DNA from: an uncultured Methanoregulaceae archaeon
GTDB lineage: Archaea; Halobacteriota; Methanomicrobia; Methanomicrobiales; Methanospirillaceae
Direction: 5' to 3'
Assembly: GCA_963737635.1 (NCBI GenBank)
Contig: CAVTTL010000001.1
Location: forward strand, 992,001-1,056,000
DNA length: 64,000 bases
Shown here one piece after another: positions 54,137 to 64,000 of this stretch (its first letter is position 1; each line of letters begins with the position of its first letter). The translations under genes were made by a program, and so were the position numbers. Under the pieces are notes generated by a model. The model did not search any database. It was not told the DNA's origin and worked only from the letters and a program-made list of their open reading frames with translations.

Positions 54137-55381
54137 AGTGCACCCCCGGCCCGGTTGAGCAGCTTTTGTATGTTCGCCACTCTCATAGTGCATCCACTCA
54201 CAGCTGTTGACGAGCAGTCTGTTCTCGATCTCGCGGCCTTCGCAGGTCACGTACCGGCCGAGCACCTTATCCCGCATCTGTAAAAACACCTCGTCCATCC
54301 CAAGCGGGTTATTCTCTGCGATCTCCTTTGCCTGATCGAGGTTCATCCCGGTCAGTGCTTCGACAACATCGCGCTTCAGGAGGAGACTGTGTGTTTTCTC
54401 CCCATCGTCCAGCCATCCCTTGATCCGCAGGTCGTAGACAAAGTTTGGCTGGATCTCATGGATCGGGCAGTAGTTCTGCCGGGAAAGGGCGCGATTGCAC
54501 CCCTCGACCGGGCACCGCTTGATGATCCCGGAGCCAGGCGCGACATGCACGATGGCTCCCCGGACCTCTGCATCGCCGCCGGTTGCAGTGACGATGTCCC
54601 CTTCCTCCTGCATAATGGTCGCGCCCGTGAGATTGAGCGAGAGCCGTTCGTTGAATTCGTCGACTTGCGCATAAAAGATTGAGTAAACCGAGCCTACTGC
54701 CAGTCTCTCTTTTCCCGGATCCTTCCAGATCACAAACTTGACCGTGGCGGTCTCATCACCGAGAAGGCCGGACTGGAGCATCCGGTCGTGGGTGGCCTCC
54801 CACTCCTGGATCACTTTCGCGCGGACACTCCCGATACCTGGCTTCTGATCCTTGATCGGTAACGGCGACGGGATCAAGGGATCATTCTTGTCAATCGCCG
54901 TGATCGTAGTCCCCGAATGCACCTTAAGGTTGGGGATGTTCTTGTATTCGTCCACTACAGCAGATTCGATGTGGTACCATGACCCCTCTTTCATCTTCGG
55001 TGCATTGGCTTTTGTCCAGACGACAAACCGGATCGCGCCGGATTCGTCGGCGATAATCCCGCTCTGGGCAATCGCCGGCGACGGGGGGGTGGCAAGGGAA
55101 ACAACTTTTCCATCCAGATTTATCCAATCCCCGGGGCAGGCGTCTGCAATCGTCTTTTGCCCGGTCGCGCCACCCGTACCAGGTGATCCCTGCGGGCCTG
55201 CTGTCGGGATGTTGAACTCTTTTGCGAGCTCGTTTGAGACGCTGCGTTCCGCCTCGGCAGGCTGGACGCCGAATTCCTCGACGAGCCGGCGCAACTTGCC
55301 CTCAACCTTTTCACGGATGATCTCATGACCGCTTTTTTGGAACTTTCGGGAGATTCTCTCAGTAGCTTCGGAATAATCCAT
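54133..55381 (-). CDS. rpa: Replication protein A (multi-OB fold with Zn finger); fused to the next ORF only through a 1-nt insertion
   Basis: Repeated OB folds (SGIIADESG, SGLLGDETA); RCPVEGCNR...CPIH; removing one A gives ...HTKLLNRAGGAL*. Confidence 0.85.
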
Positions 55382-55513
55382 TCTTACATCTCCAGTCGTA
55401 CTTAGGATAGAATAACGTGTTATAACAGGTACCGTGCGCTGCGAAAGTAATCATGCTTACGCATTTGAGCGCTATGGTGAGATTTATGTCCCCGTACGGG
55501 AATTAAGTGTAGT

Positions 55514-55708
55514 ATGGCTGACTTAACCGCAGACTCTACAATCTACGATCTTCTCCAGGCGAAACCGGAATCGACCGAGGCACTCTTCAAGTTTGGCATG
55601 GGCTGTGTCGGATGTGCCATTGCCCGTGGCGAGACCATCCGTGAAGCTGCCGAAGCACATGGCATCCCACTCCCTGAGCTCTTAAAGGCTCTGGGGATTA
55701 AGGAATAA
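55514..55708 (+). CDS. DUF1858 family small CxxC protein
   Basis: GMGCVGC....ETIREAAEAHG. Confidence 0.85.
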   Translation: MADLTADSTIYDLLQAKPESTEALFKFGMGCVGCAIARGETIREAAEAHGIPLPELLKALGIKE

Positions 55709-56586
55709 CTTCCTTTTTTTGCATCTTCCGGTATCGAACCAGCTCTTCGAGCGGCGCGTCCGGATAGCGTTTTAAATAATCTGCAACTGCCGGTTCGTGC
55801 AGCAGGGCGCAGCGCGAGCAGTTCCAGATCCGGCCGTTTGTGGAGCTCGGAGACCATTCACCGAGCGTTTCATCTTTGCATGGGTAGAACGGGCAGTAGC
55901 AGAAGTCGCAGCGCTGCCCCGGGAAATGGCAGGGATAATAGGGGCAGTTAACCGGTGACCACTCAACCCAGTGCCCTCCTTCAAACCGGCTGTAGATAAA
56001 AAATGCCGGTCGTGTATGCTGCGCCCCTCCTTCGAAACGGCGGAGGGCCTCGGGTACCCCCCTGAGCACCGCGTCCCGCACCCGTTGTCCGGGTCCGGTG
56101 ATCCGCCCGGCGTACCGGTGCTTTACTGCCCCTTCGCATGCAGCGATCACGGCATCAGTGGGAGTGCCGGAGACCTGCCCGAGAGCAAGCAGGGCCTCGG
56201 CCTTAGCCTCTGTCGCAACCATGATGGTTTCAAGCAGCGCGCTATCATCCATACCCTCACTGCTGCACGCGATGATGTTGATGGTCCCGGCGCCCGCTGG
56301 TTCCTGCCGGATCCCGGCAGTCACAAAGACGGTGATAAAATCGTACTGGAGCACGCACAAGTGATGGATCGGAACGGCAGTCAAAAGCCCCAGCACGTTT
56401 GGTCCAGTACCTGGCAGCAGCCGCGACAAGCTCGACCTCTTTTTCCGGTGCCGCATGGTCCCAGCCCGCGGGAACCGTGTGGTTGAAAAGGGTAGTAACA
56501 TTCCGGATGCCGCCGGAGATCCCGGTGCTTGCGGCGCGGAATGCACCGCGAATAAAAAGGGAACCTGAATCGGTATAATATCTCAT
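55698..56586 (-). CDS. cbiZ: Adenosylcobinamide amidohydrolase CbiZ fused to a Cys-rich small domain; frameshift near 56412
   Basis: STGISGG..NHTV, GLLTAV, GTINI, TEAKA, SGTPTDAV; C-terminal CPYYPCH..QRCDFCYCPFYPC. Confidence 0.82.
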
Positions 56587-56944
56587 GCGACGGAGTATCG
56601 GATCCGGTCCTGAGCTCCTGCTGCTTGCCCGCGTTCCAGCCGGAAACGTCCTGCAGGTACCCGGTTACCCGGCTGATCTGGACGACGTCGTGGGAGCCGC
56701 ATTCGGGACAGATGGGCTTACCGCAGAGCGGGCAGTACTCGATCCCGGAGATCATCTCATGGACGCAGTGGCAGTTGTCGAGGGGGCACATGATCTCAAG
56801 CTTGGTCTCCCCGCAGTTCGGGCAGGGGTTCTGGTCAACGATGAGATGGCATGTATGGCATTTGTATTTTCGCTCAGATTCAGGAATATCCTCGAGTTTC
56901 GTGTATTTTTCCGCCATTTTCCTTTGTTCTATGCTCCAATCCAT
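56583..56944 (-). CDS. Small stand-alone NrdD C-terminal-like protein (Zn ribbons + glycyl-radical loop); 1-nt deletion near 56611
   Basis: Several CxxC pairs, then CPECGS..VVQISRVTGYL...WNAGKQQELKDR; corrected stop overlaps the cbiZ start. Confidence 0.75.
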
Positions 56945-57060
56945 ACTACTACATTGCAGAAGTGCTTAATAAATTTATAAGATGCCTTCAAGGGGGTAAT
57001 ATCGCATTCGCGGTACGTACTGGCGCGCACCGGGTGATCGGGCTATAAAATAAGAGTTGT

Positions 57061-57708
57061 TTACTCTTTCACTCTCTTGCGGATACGGGCATAAGACTGG
57101 CTCGCGGCAGCAGGATCCGGTGCATCGTAGATGGACCGGCCTACGATAATTCCGTCGACAAGTGAAGCGATTGCATCGGCGTCCCCGCCCTGCGCGCCGA
57201 TACCCGGGGAGAGAATTTTCCCGTCGCCGACAAACCCCCGCAGGACCCGCACCCTGTCTGGCCGGGTGGCTGGCGCGATGATCCCGTCAGCGCCAGCGAT
57301 AATGGCATTTCCTGCGATCTGTTCTGCAACCCCGTGGGAGAAAAACTCATTCCCGCCCGGATGGCTCATCTCGGCGACCACATAACACGCTCCCCGGTGC
57401 GCCCGCGCTGAGGCGATGCATGCCTTTACCGAGTCTATGCCGGGAAAGCCGTGGCATATAATTCCGGAGAACCCGGCAGCAAACACCTGGTCGCAGATGA
57501 GCCGGTTTGTGTTGGGGATATCGGCGACCTTGAAGTCGGCGATAAGCGGCAGGCCGGTCTTCTCGAGTTCCCCGGCGATGGAGAGGCCTGCCGAAAGCAC
57601 AAGGGGATAACCGATCTTGATCATATCAAGGTTCGGGGCGCAGGCATGAGCGATGGCAAGCGCCTTTTTCTTTTCCGTCACGTCCAACGCGAGGATGAGG
57701 TCAGGCAT
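57061..57708 (-). CDS. pyrF: Orotidine 5'-phosphate decarboxylase
   Basis: ILALD, DFKVADIPNT, EMSHPG, SPGIGAQGG, VGRSIY. Confidence 0.95.
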   Translation of the reverse strand: MPDLILALDVTEKKKALAIAHACAPNLDMIKIGYPLVLSAGLSIAGELEKTGLPLIADFKVADIPNTNRLICDQVFAAGFSGIICHGFPGIDSVKACIASARAHRGACYVVAEMSHPGGNEFFSHGVAEQIAGNAIIAGADGIIAPATRPDRVRVLRGFVGDGKILSPGIGAQGGDADAIASLVDGIIVGRSIYDAPDPAAASQSYARIRKRVKE

Positions 57709-58639
57709 GGGACAACCGCTCCATTACGGCCGCGACGAGGACCGGTAACGTGATCGTAGCGTCACCGTACACGGTCACGGCCCGTGCTTCCTCGGTGATC
57801 TTGCCCCATGACCGGGCTTCGTCAAGCGTTGCGCCTGAAAGGCCGCCAAGGTCCGGCCTGTCGCCGGTCAGCTGGATCGCGTAATCGAAGCCGTTGGGGG
57901 TCATAAGCATGCTCTGGAGGATGAAGTTTTTGGGAACACCCCCGCCCACAAGTAAAGCGCCGGCTTTCTTTGTTGCAAAACAAGTGTCGAGGAGCGCAGG
58001 CATGTCGGCAAATGCGTCCACGGTCACCTTATTGGTCTGCGAAAAGAGCCAGTACTGGAGGCCGATCATCGAGTCCTGTACCGCCGGGCAGTAGACCGCG
58101 ATCTCTTCTTTTGCGGCTGTGGCGAGGATACCGGTTTTCAGGTGCGAGCCGATATGGCGCAAGAGGCCTGAGATCGAGATGGTGCTCTTTGGCTCAAGTT
58201 CGCCGAACACGCCCTGCATGAAGGTCTCGAAGTGCTCGAAGGCTTCGTTTGGGAGATATACATCGTAGATACGGTTGATCTCGTCGTGCCGGAGCTCGAT
58301 GTCGTTACAGAAGGCGGAACCATGGAAGTGCCGGCACCCGATTGCCTCGATGATGTCGTGCGTGAGATTTGCTCCGGTCGAGACAAGGATGTCGATGTGG
58401 CCGTCCCTGATGAGATCAGTAACGATCCCGCCCATCCCCGCCGGTACCATCGCGCCGGCAAGGCCGAAGAATTTGGTTGCGTCATCATCCTGCAGCATCT
58501 GCGCGTAGATCTCTGCCGCCTGGCAGAGCGAGCCGCCGTTGTACGCCCCGGCTTTTCCCATAGCAGCCACCAGTTCGCCAACCGTCATGGCCGGCCTGAT
58601 ATGCATCTGGGTAACCGGTTTATCGCACTGGTTTTTCAT
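57701..58639 (-). CDS. dys: Deoxyhypusine synthase
   Basis: STGANLTHD, NRIYD, GGGVPKN, GGLSGATLDEARSWGK, GDATI. Confidence 0.93.
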   Translation of the reverse strand: MKNQCDKPVTQMHIRPAMTVGELVAAMGKAGAYNGGSLCQAAEIYAQMLQDDDATKFFGLAGAMVPAGMGGIVTDLIRDGHIDILVSTGANLTHDIIEAIGCRHFHGSAFCNDIELRHDEINRIYDVYLPNEAFEHFETFMQGVFGELEPKSTISISGLLRHIGSHLKTGILATAAKEEIAVYCPAVQDSMIGLQYWLFSQTNKVTVDAFADMPALLDTCFATKKAGALLVGGGVPKNFILQSMLMTPNGFDYAIQLTGDRPDLGGLSGATLDEARSWGKITEEARAVTVYGDATITLPVLVAAVMERLSHA

Positions 58640-58763
58640 CGCACATTCCCTTACTGTTTGCTGCAATCCTATTGGTGCTTGAGGCTGATAACAGTGTTTG
58701 GAAAAGGACCTGTGACTACCGGTATCAGGAAGATATTTACCCAATAAGAATGGTCTTACATCT

Positions 58764-59240
58764 ATGCAGGACGTTCGTTTGACGGTCAAGAAACGGGCAT
58801 TTCCCAGTCGCGGCCGGGTACGCCTGAATTTAGCGATCCTCCCGGATCTCGGTATTGCCGATGGAGGACATGTGGATCTGGTCAATGAGAGCACCAAAAA
58901 ATCGGTCAGCGTCATGGTAGTCGCCGATACCATGGTGCCATCCGGGCAGATCCGGATCAGTGAAGAGGACCTTAAAATCATTGGCATACATGAGGACGGA
59001 GAGGTCCTTGTCAGGAAAACACCGCCTCTCCAGGAAAAACTCTCAAAGGCAGCCGCAGAAGCCAATAAGACAATTTCGGCGGGTACACACAAACTTGACG
59101 AGGCGGCCAGAAAAACCACCGGCGAAGTAAAAAAAGAGACGAAGAAGGCCTCGGACCGCATCGAAAAGGCCGCGGCACAGACCGCAAAAGACGTAAAGAA
59201 AACCGTGAAGAAGGTAACCGGTAAAGGGGACGATCTCTGA
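58764..59240 (+). CDS. CDC48/NSF N-terminal-like double-psi beta-barrel with a Lys/Ala-rich amphipathic repeat tail
   Basis: RGRVRLN..LPDLGIADGGHVDL...GQIRISEEDLKIIGIHEDGEVLV, followed by helical ~11-mer repeats. Confidence 0.55.
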   Translation: MQDVRLTVKKRAFPSRGRVRLNLAILPDLGIADGGHVDLVNESTKKSVSVMVVADTMVPSGQIRISEEDLKIIGIHEDGEVLVRKTPPLQEKLSKAAAEANKTISAGTHKLDEAARKTTGEVKKETKKASDRIEKAAAQTAKDVKKTVKKVTGKGDDL

Positions 59241-59296
59241 ATGTGCAGCCCGTGTGCAAGAGGGGATAAAAACACCCGGAATGGGAGGTATTGAGC

Positions 59297-59690
59297 ATGG
59301 CAGACGCTGTCGTGACACCGGTTATCTCCGATACCGCGATCATCGGCATTTTAATCGTCCTTGAGCTTGGCAATCGTGTACTTCATCATCCGTGAAATAC
59401 GGATCATGAAGACGACCAACCGGTCGATTGAACTGGATCTGGAACGGGACAAGCTCAAGATCCTCCAGCAGCACGAAGCGTCAAAGATCTTCCCGTTCAC
59501 CCGGTTCTCTCATGAGCAGACGGCTGCGATAAAACAGGTCGAGGATGAGAACATGGTGATTGGGACAGATAATTTTGCAAAGGAAAATCTCCTTGACAAG
59601 CGGCTGACAAGGCTTGAAAGTATCGTAAAATCAAAGAAACTGGATCATCTCCTCACAAACGTCCAGGAACAGGAAAAGAAGGTGAAATGA
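59297..59690 (+). CDS. Membrane-anchored coiled-coil protein; 1-nt insertion near 59360
   Basis: GGAGGT RBS; corrected N-terminus MADAVVTPVISDTAIIGILIVLSLAIVYFIIREIR forms one TM helix. Confidence 0.6.
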
Positions 59691-59693
59691 CGT

Positions 59694-60005
59694 ATGTACC
59701 CGGTTATCAGCCAGAACCGGAACGAGACCGGGGATTCGTTCTGGGACCAGTTTGCGACAATCCCCGGGACAATCGAATCGCACGTACCGACGTTTGACAA
59801 ATCGCTCGATTCATATTTCGACCAGCACTTTGCTGCCATCATTGAGGAATGGGAGCTCGTGACCGAGAACGATCTTGAGACACTTGCAAATCGGCTTACG
59901 CGCATTACCGATGAGATCAGCAGTCTCTATGCGGGAAAAGCCGCAATCGAAGCACGGGTACAGCGGCTGGATGACATGATCACGTCACTGGAGCGATCGG
60001 TATGA
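59694..60005 (+). CDS. Coiled-coil hypothetical protein (EEW paralogue 1)
   Basis: LDSYFDQHFAAIIEEWELVTENDL followed by heptads. Confidence 0.65.
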   Translation: MYPVISQNRNETGDSFWDQFATIPGTIESHVPTFDKSLDSYFDQHFAAIIEEWELVTENDLETLANRLTRITDEISSLYAGKAAIEARVQRLDDMITSLERSV

Positions 60006-60223
60006 TCGGCTTGGATTCGTATCTCAATGCCTATGTGGACCGCCGGATGAAATATGTCGTCGAAGAATGGGATCTCTCCACGAGGACCGATCTTGCGGAT
60101 TTCACCGGCAGGCTGGAGGCGCTCGAACAGGAGATCCCCCGGCTCAAAGCCTTTGAACATGCCACCTCGCACAAACTCGCCGAACTGGAAACACGTGCAG
60201 GGAAACTGAAGAGGAGGACCTGA
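60002..60223 (+). CDS. Coiled-coil hypothetical protein (EEW paralogue 2)
   Basis: AYVDRRMKYVVEEWDLSTRTDL followed by heptads; ATGA overlap with the previous gene. Confidence 0.65.
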   Translation: MIGLDSYLNAYVDRRMKYVVEEWDLSTRTDLADFTGRLEALEQEIPRLKAFEHATSHKLAELETRAGKLKRRT

Positions 60224-60224
60224 T

Positions 60225-60581
60225 ATGGATCTTCTTACCTTTATCCTCCTTGTCATTATCCTCTGTGTCATCATCTTCCTCGTGTATTATTTCTTCCGGG
60301 GTGCAAAAGGTGACATTGCCCTTTCCCGCCCGGTGGAGAGCCGGGTAGACGAGTACCTTGACCGCAGGTTCCAGAGCATGGTAGAGGAGTGGCAGCTGGT
60401 CAGCCGGCCACGGCTCGCGAAGTTCCAGGACCAGCGCATCCCGGAGATCGAACAGGACGAAGCACGCATTGCCGAACTCACGTCCTACGAGACCGGGATG
60501 AAGAATACCCTCGCATCGCTGGAGGCGCGCCTTGACGCTCTGGAAAAAGAACTGGCCGGCAAAGGAAACACCAAAAAATAA
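60225..60581 (+). CDS. Membrane-anchored coiled-coil protein (EEW paralogue 3)
   Basis: N-terminal TM; VDEYLDRRFQSMVEEWQLVSRPRL; LEARLDALE. Confidence 0.65.
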   Translation: MDLLTFILLVIILCVIIFLVYYFFRGAKGDIALSRPVESRVDEYLDRRFQSMVEEWQLVSRPRLAKFQDQRIPEIEQDEARIAELTSYETGMKNTLASLEARLDALEKELAGKGNTKK

Positions 60582-60837
60582 AGGATCTGCGGATCGTATC
60601 CGTGAACTCAGGAAAGAGATCACGGTGATGCGTAAGCAGGGGGAACCGCCGGTAAAGGATCTCCACAGTTTCGCCCAGTTCACGTGCGATCTCTGCAATA
60701 CTCCCCACCCGATCTCGGAGCTCCGGCAGTGCGTGCTCTGCGGGCGCTGGGCATGCGAAACCTGCTGGAAGGACGAATATTATACCTGCCGGTCCTGCGC
60801 CGGGCTCCTGAAGATCAACCAGATCCGGGGAGACTAA
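60532..60837 (+). CDS. 8-Cys zinc-finger protein (FYVE-like spacing); start uncertain (ATG at 60628)
   Basis: CDLC-x11-CVLC-x4-CETC-x7-CRSC. Confidence 0.6.
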   Translation: MTLWKKNWPAKETPKNKGSADRIRELRKEITVMRKQGEPPVKDLHSFAQFTCDLCNTPHPISELRQCVLCGRWACETCWKDEYYTCRSCAGLLKINQIRGD

Positions 60838-60924
60838 AAAAACTCCTTTTTTTTGCATTTTCCCGGGTGTTCTTCAGCATTGCCCCAACCCATTTATCGC
60901 TGCCCGGTTCAATGATACAGTAGC

Positions 60925-61587
60925 ATGGTTCTCCCGTTCAGTTTTGTCGATATACTACTGCATTTTGACAAGTACCTCCCGGTGATCCTCCAGCAGTACG
61001 GTCTGTGGACCTACGTGATCCTTTTCCTGATCCTCTTCTGCGAGACAGGCCTCGTGATTGCTCCCTACCTGCCGGGCGACTCGCTGCTGTTTGTCGCAGG
61101 GGCAGTTGCCGGTGCCGGGATGCTCAACATCTGGGTTCTGCTCGGGAGTCTCATCCTCGCATGCGTACTTGGGGATACCGTCAACTACTGGATCGGCTAC
61201 ACCTTCGAACTGAAAGTGCTTGAATGGAAATACTCCCTCGTCAAAAAAGAGCACCTCGAAGAAACGAAACAGTATTTTGACAAATATGGCGGTTTTACCA
61301 TTGTTATAGCACGGTTTATGCCCTTTATCAGGACTTTTGCGCCATTCCTTGCTGGTGTGGGTAAGATGCGCTACTCTTGGTTCTTGGGATATAACATCCT
61401 TGGGGGCGTGATGTGGTCGTGCCTTTTCCTGCTCGCCGGTTATTTCGTGGGCAATCTCCCGATCGTGCAGCAGAATTTCACGCTCATCACGTATGGGATC
61501 ATTGCGGTCTCGCTTATTGCGCTCGTCTCAGTCTTTGTCAAAATATACCGGTCCGTGAAGAAAGGAAAAGGGATCAAGGGAGCATAG
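60925..61587 (+). CDS. dedA: DedA family (VTT domain) membrane protein
   Basis: FCETGL..PYLPGDSLLF, GDTVNYWIG, ARFMPFIRTFAP. Confidence 0.92.
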   Translation: MVLPFSFVDILLHFDKYLPVILQQYGLWTYVILFLILFCETGLVIAPYLPGDSLLFVAGAVAGAGMLNIWVLLGSLILACVLGDTVNYWIGYTFELKVLEWKYSLVKKEHLEETKQYFDKYGGFTIVIARFMPFIRTFAPFLAGVGKMRYSWFLGYNILGGVMWSCLFLLAGYFVGNLPIVQQNFTLITYGIIAVSLIALVSVFVKIYRSVKKGKGIKGA

Positions 61588-61669
61588 TCCCATTCTTTTT
61601 TGTGAACTTCGGTGTTTTTAGCGCCTAGTTCAGCAATCTTCTTGTCCCGTTCGCTCCGAGTAGTACACC

Positions 61670-64000
61670 ATGCAGAGACCCGATCCCGGCCCGGGCAAAG
61701 AGGCGATGCAGCCGTCTCCTGACGGGGCCGGGACGGTCTTTCTTTTCGATCTCTCTGAATGGCGGGGACAGCTCGCCCGGAGTATCGCCCGGAACAATAT
61801 CGGCATGAGGAGCAGTGAGATTGCTCTGGCTGTCAACCGAATCCTGTTCCGGTTCTGTATTCTCGCCATCGCGGAAGATCGCGGCCTCATCACCCCGGGA
61901 AAACTCCGGTGGATCGCCGAGGCTGAGGAGAGCAATCTCCGGCTCGGGGAATTTTTTGCGGACACCGGCGATCCCTGGGCCGGGACTGATGGAACAAAAG
62001 ACAGTAATCACCGGCACAAAGCCGTCCCGGGAATACCTCCTGTGATCGATGACGAGATCATCAGATCGATCGCCACCCGATTCTCCTCCGTGGATCGGCC
62101 ATACGATTTTTCCCAAATCTCCCTTGAGGACGTTGCCGGGGTGATCGACCAGTATCTTGCCCGAACCATCAGGCGGTCTGCTGCTCACCAGGCGGTCGTT
62201 GTCGATCGGCCGGGTGCCGGGATCGGCGCTGCCGTGGACCCGGAGATCTTAACCTATGCAGCGACAAACACTCTTGCCGCCGCCCGGGCCAGCCGTCCTC
62301 CGGAAGAACTGCTCCCGCTGCGCATCCTCGACCCCGCGTGTGGTGCCGGTGCCCTGGTACTCCGGGCATTTCACAGTCTTGTCCGGGATGAGAAGCACAC
62401 ATTTGCTGAGAGAAAAGAGATCCTGGAGCACAGTCTCTTTGGCCTCGATATCGATTCTCATGCAGTAGCGGCTGCCCGAATACTGCTTTCCTTTGGTGCC
62501 TGTGAAGGAGAGGACATCAAGACGCTGTCGGGTGGTTTTTTCGCGGTGTTCAGCGATCTGCTCCACATACTGTCGGCCACTATCCGGTGCGGGAACGCGC
62601 TTGTTGGCCCGGAGATTGCAGATGATGAATCCTGGGCGTTCTGCCCGGCGCATGAACGCCACGCGATCCAGCCCTTCGATTGGCAGGAGGTCTTTTTTGA
62701 GATTTTTGCTCCCGGCGGGTTCGATGTCGTGATCTGTTGTCCTCCCGAATGCCCGGTACCAGAACGTGAATGGCTGCAGCGGTATTTCCAGCGACATTAT
62801 GCTGTCTACGATGCCGGGACGAATCTCTCGGCGTTTTATATCGAAAAGGCACTCAGTCTCTTGCGTCCCCAGGGCGTCTTGGGTTTTGTGACCGGTGCCT
62901 GGTGGCTCCATGCAAAGGCCGGTGCACCGGTACGGGAGCTGCTCCTGACGCGGCAGATCGAGGAGATCCTGTTCTCCGGAGATAAAGAGGGCAGCTCCTG
63001 TTTTCTCCGATTGACAAATACTCTTCCCTCGCACCCGTTTGTGGTACGGCATGCCGAATCGGTTATGAGATCAGCGGAACCTGTGGGATTTCCTGTCGAC
63101 CCCCATGAGCTGTCTGCCGGGGGCTGGACGTTTCGCGATACCCGCAGGGAACGGGTGTTTAAGAAGATTTCCTTGGCCGGGACCCCCCTTGAGACATCAG
63201 TTCTCGGCGGGATCCAGTATGATCAGGGAAATGAACTCCCTGAAGTACTTGTCATCGACGCTCTCCGGCGAAAACGGCTGGTTCGCGGGGAGAGCCGGTG
63301 CAAAACCCTGGTGCGCCCGTACATTTCCGGGGAGATGATCGGGAGGTACAGCATATCATCACCCCGGAAATACGGCATTTTTATCCCGCGGGGATGGACC
63401 GGCCGCCATGCTCCGGCGCCTGGTAAGGAGTGGCAGTGGTTCAAAAAACGCTGCCCGGGCATTGCCCGCTATCTTGAAGAGCATAAGGCAGTCCCCAACA
63501 ACCGGTCGTCACCCGAGGAATATTGGTGGGAATGTACCGGCAGTCCGGATACACGGCAGGGGGAGAAAGCCCGGATTGTTTTTCCAGCCCACGTTTTTCC
63601 TCCTACGTTCACGATCGGAAGCGGCCGGGCATTGCTCGGCGGTCACACCGGGGTTATCGCCTCCGGGAGCCCGTACCTGCTTGGGCTCCTCAACAGCCGT
63701 CTCGCCGCATTCGTATTTGCCAGCCTTTCCCACAATCGCGATCGGTCCGGTGATGAATACTCGGGAATAGTTATCGGAGAGTTTCCGGTCTACACACCGG
63801 ATTCTGGACGATCCCCTGGATAAGGCCCGGTATGATCGACTGGGGACACTGGTAACCGAGATGCTTGATCTGCACCGGCATCTCAGCCGCGCAACGACCG
63901 ACAGGGAAAAACAGATTATCCGACAGGATATCGACTCTGTCGAAAAGCAGATAGATTCACTGGTCTATGGGATCTACGGGCTTTCGGTGAAGGATATTGC
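61670..64000 (+). CDS. Degenerate type IIG/Eco57I-like N6-adenine methyltransferase with TaqI-C-like region; frameshift near 63802; runs off the window
   Basis: ILDPACGAG motif I; motif IV reads CCPPE instead of NPPY; YLLGLLNS; continues ...IDSLVYGIYGL in the next frame; no N-terminal nuclease. Confidence 0.75.

Noticed and set aside
53537-55381. Apparent 614-aa fusion of RPA with its associated protein
   Set aside because: Removing one A from the run near 54165 gives a normal stop (LLNRAGGAL*) overlapping an RBS-preceded ATG at 54136, so the fusion is probably an indel artefact.

Overview
Chromosomal window from a hydrogenotrophic methanogen, probably Methanomicrobiales (Methanoregula-like); this is inferred from gene content and protein style. 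Left to right it holds: polC (DP2) with a 165-aa mini-intein; tRNA-Leu(CAA); a large secreted Ig/VWA/PKD protein facing five pilin-like genes; housekeeping genes (hisG, rimI, hmgA, trm5); marR with a bacterial-type lon; an AT-rich, apparently inactivated MCM-like ORF; the thiolase/HMG-CoA synthase/DUF35 mevalonate operon; ribK-ribB; and a Mo-nitrogenase operon (nifH-I1-I2-D-K-E-N-fdx-anfO-like). Directly after nif is an unusual signalling module: three extra PII proteins, a membrane-anchored Hanks-type Ser/Thr kinase, a PP2C phosphatase and an APC permease with a perfect NrpR-type operator. Further right lie a kdpC-kdpA fusion with kdpB (no kdpDE), RPA genes, cbiZ, a stand-alone NrdD glycyl-radical-domain protein, pyrF, dys, an uncharacterised CDC48-N-like/coiled-coil/FYVE-like operon, dedA, and a degenerate type IIG-like methyltransferase. 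About 14 single-base indels break otherwise intact genes, including essential ones, and are most likely sequencing or assembly errors. The best candidates for undescribed systems are the PII-kinase-phosphatase-APC module (38.4-43.7 kb) and the coiled-coil/zinc-finger operon (58.8-60.8 kb). All family assignments come from motif recognition by eye; no searches were run.
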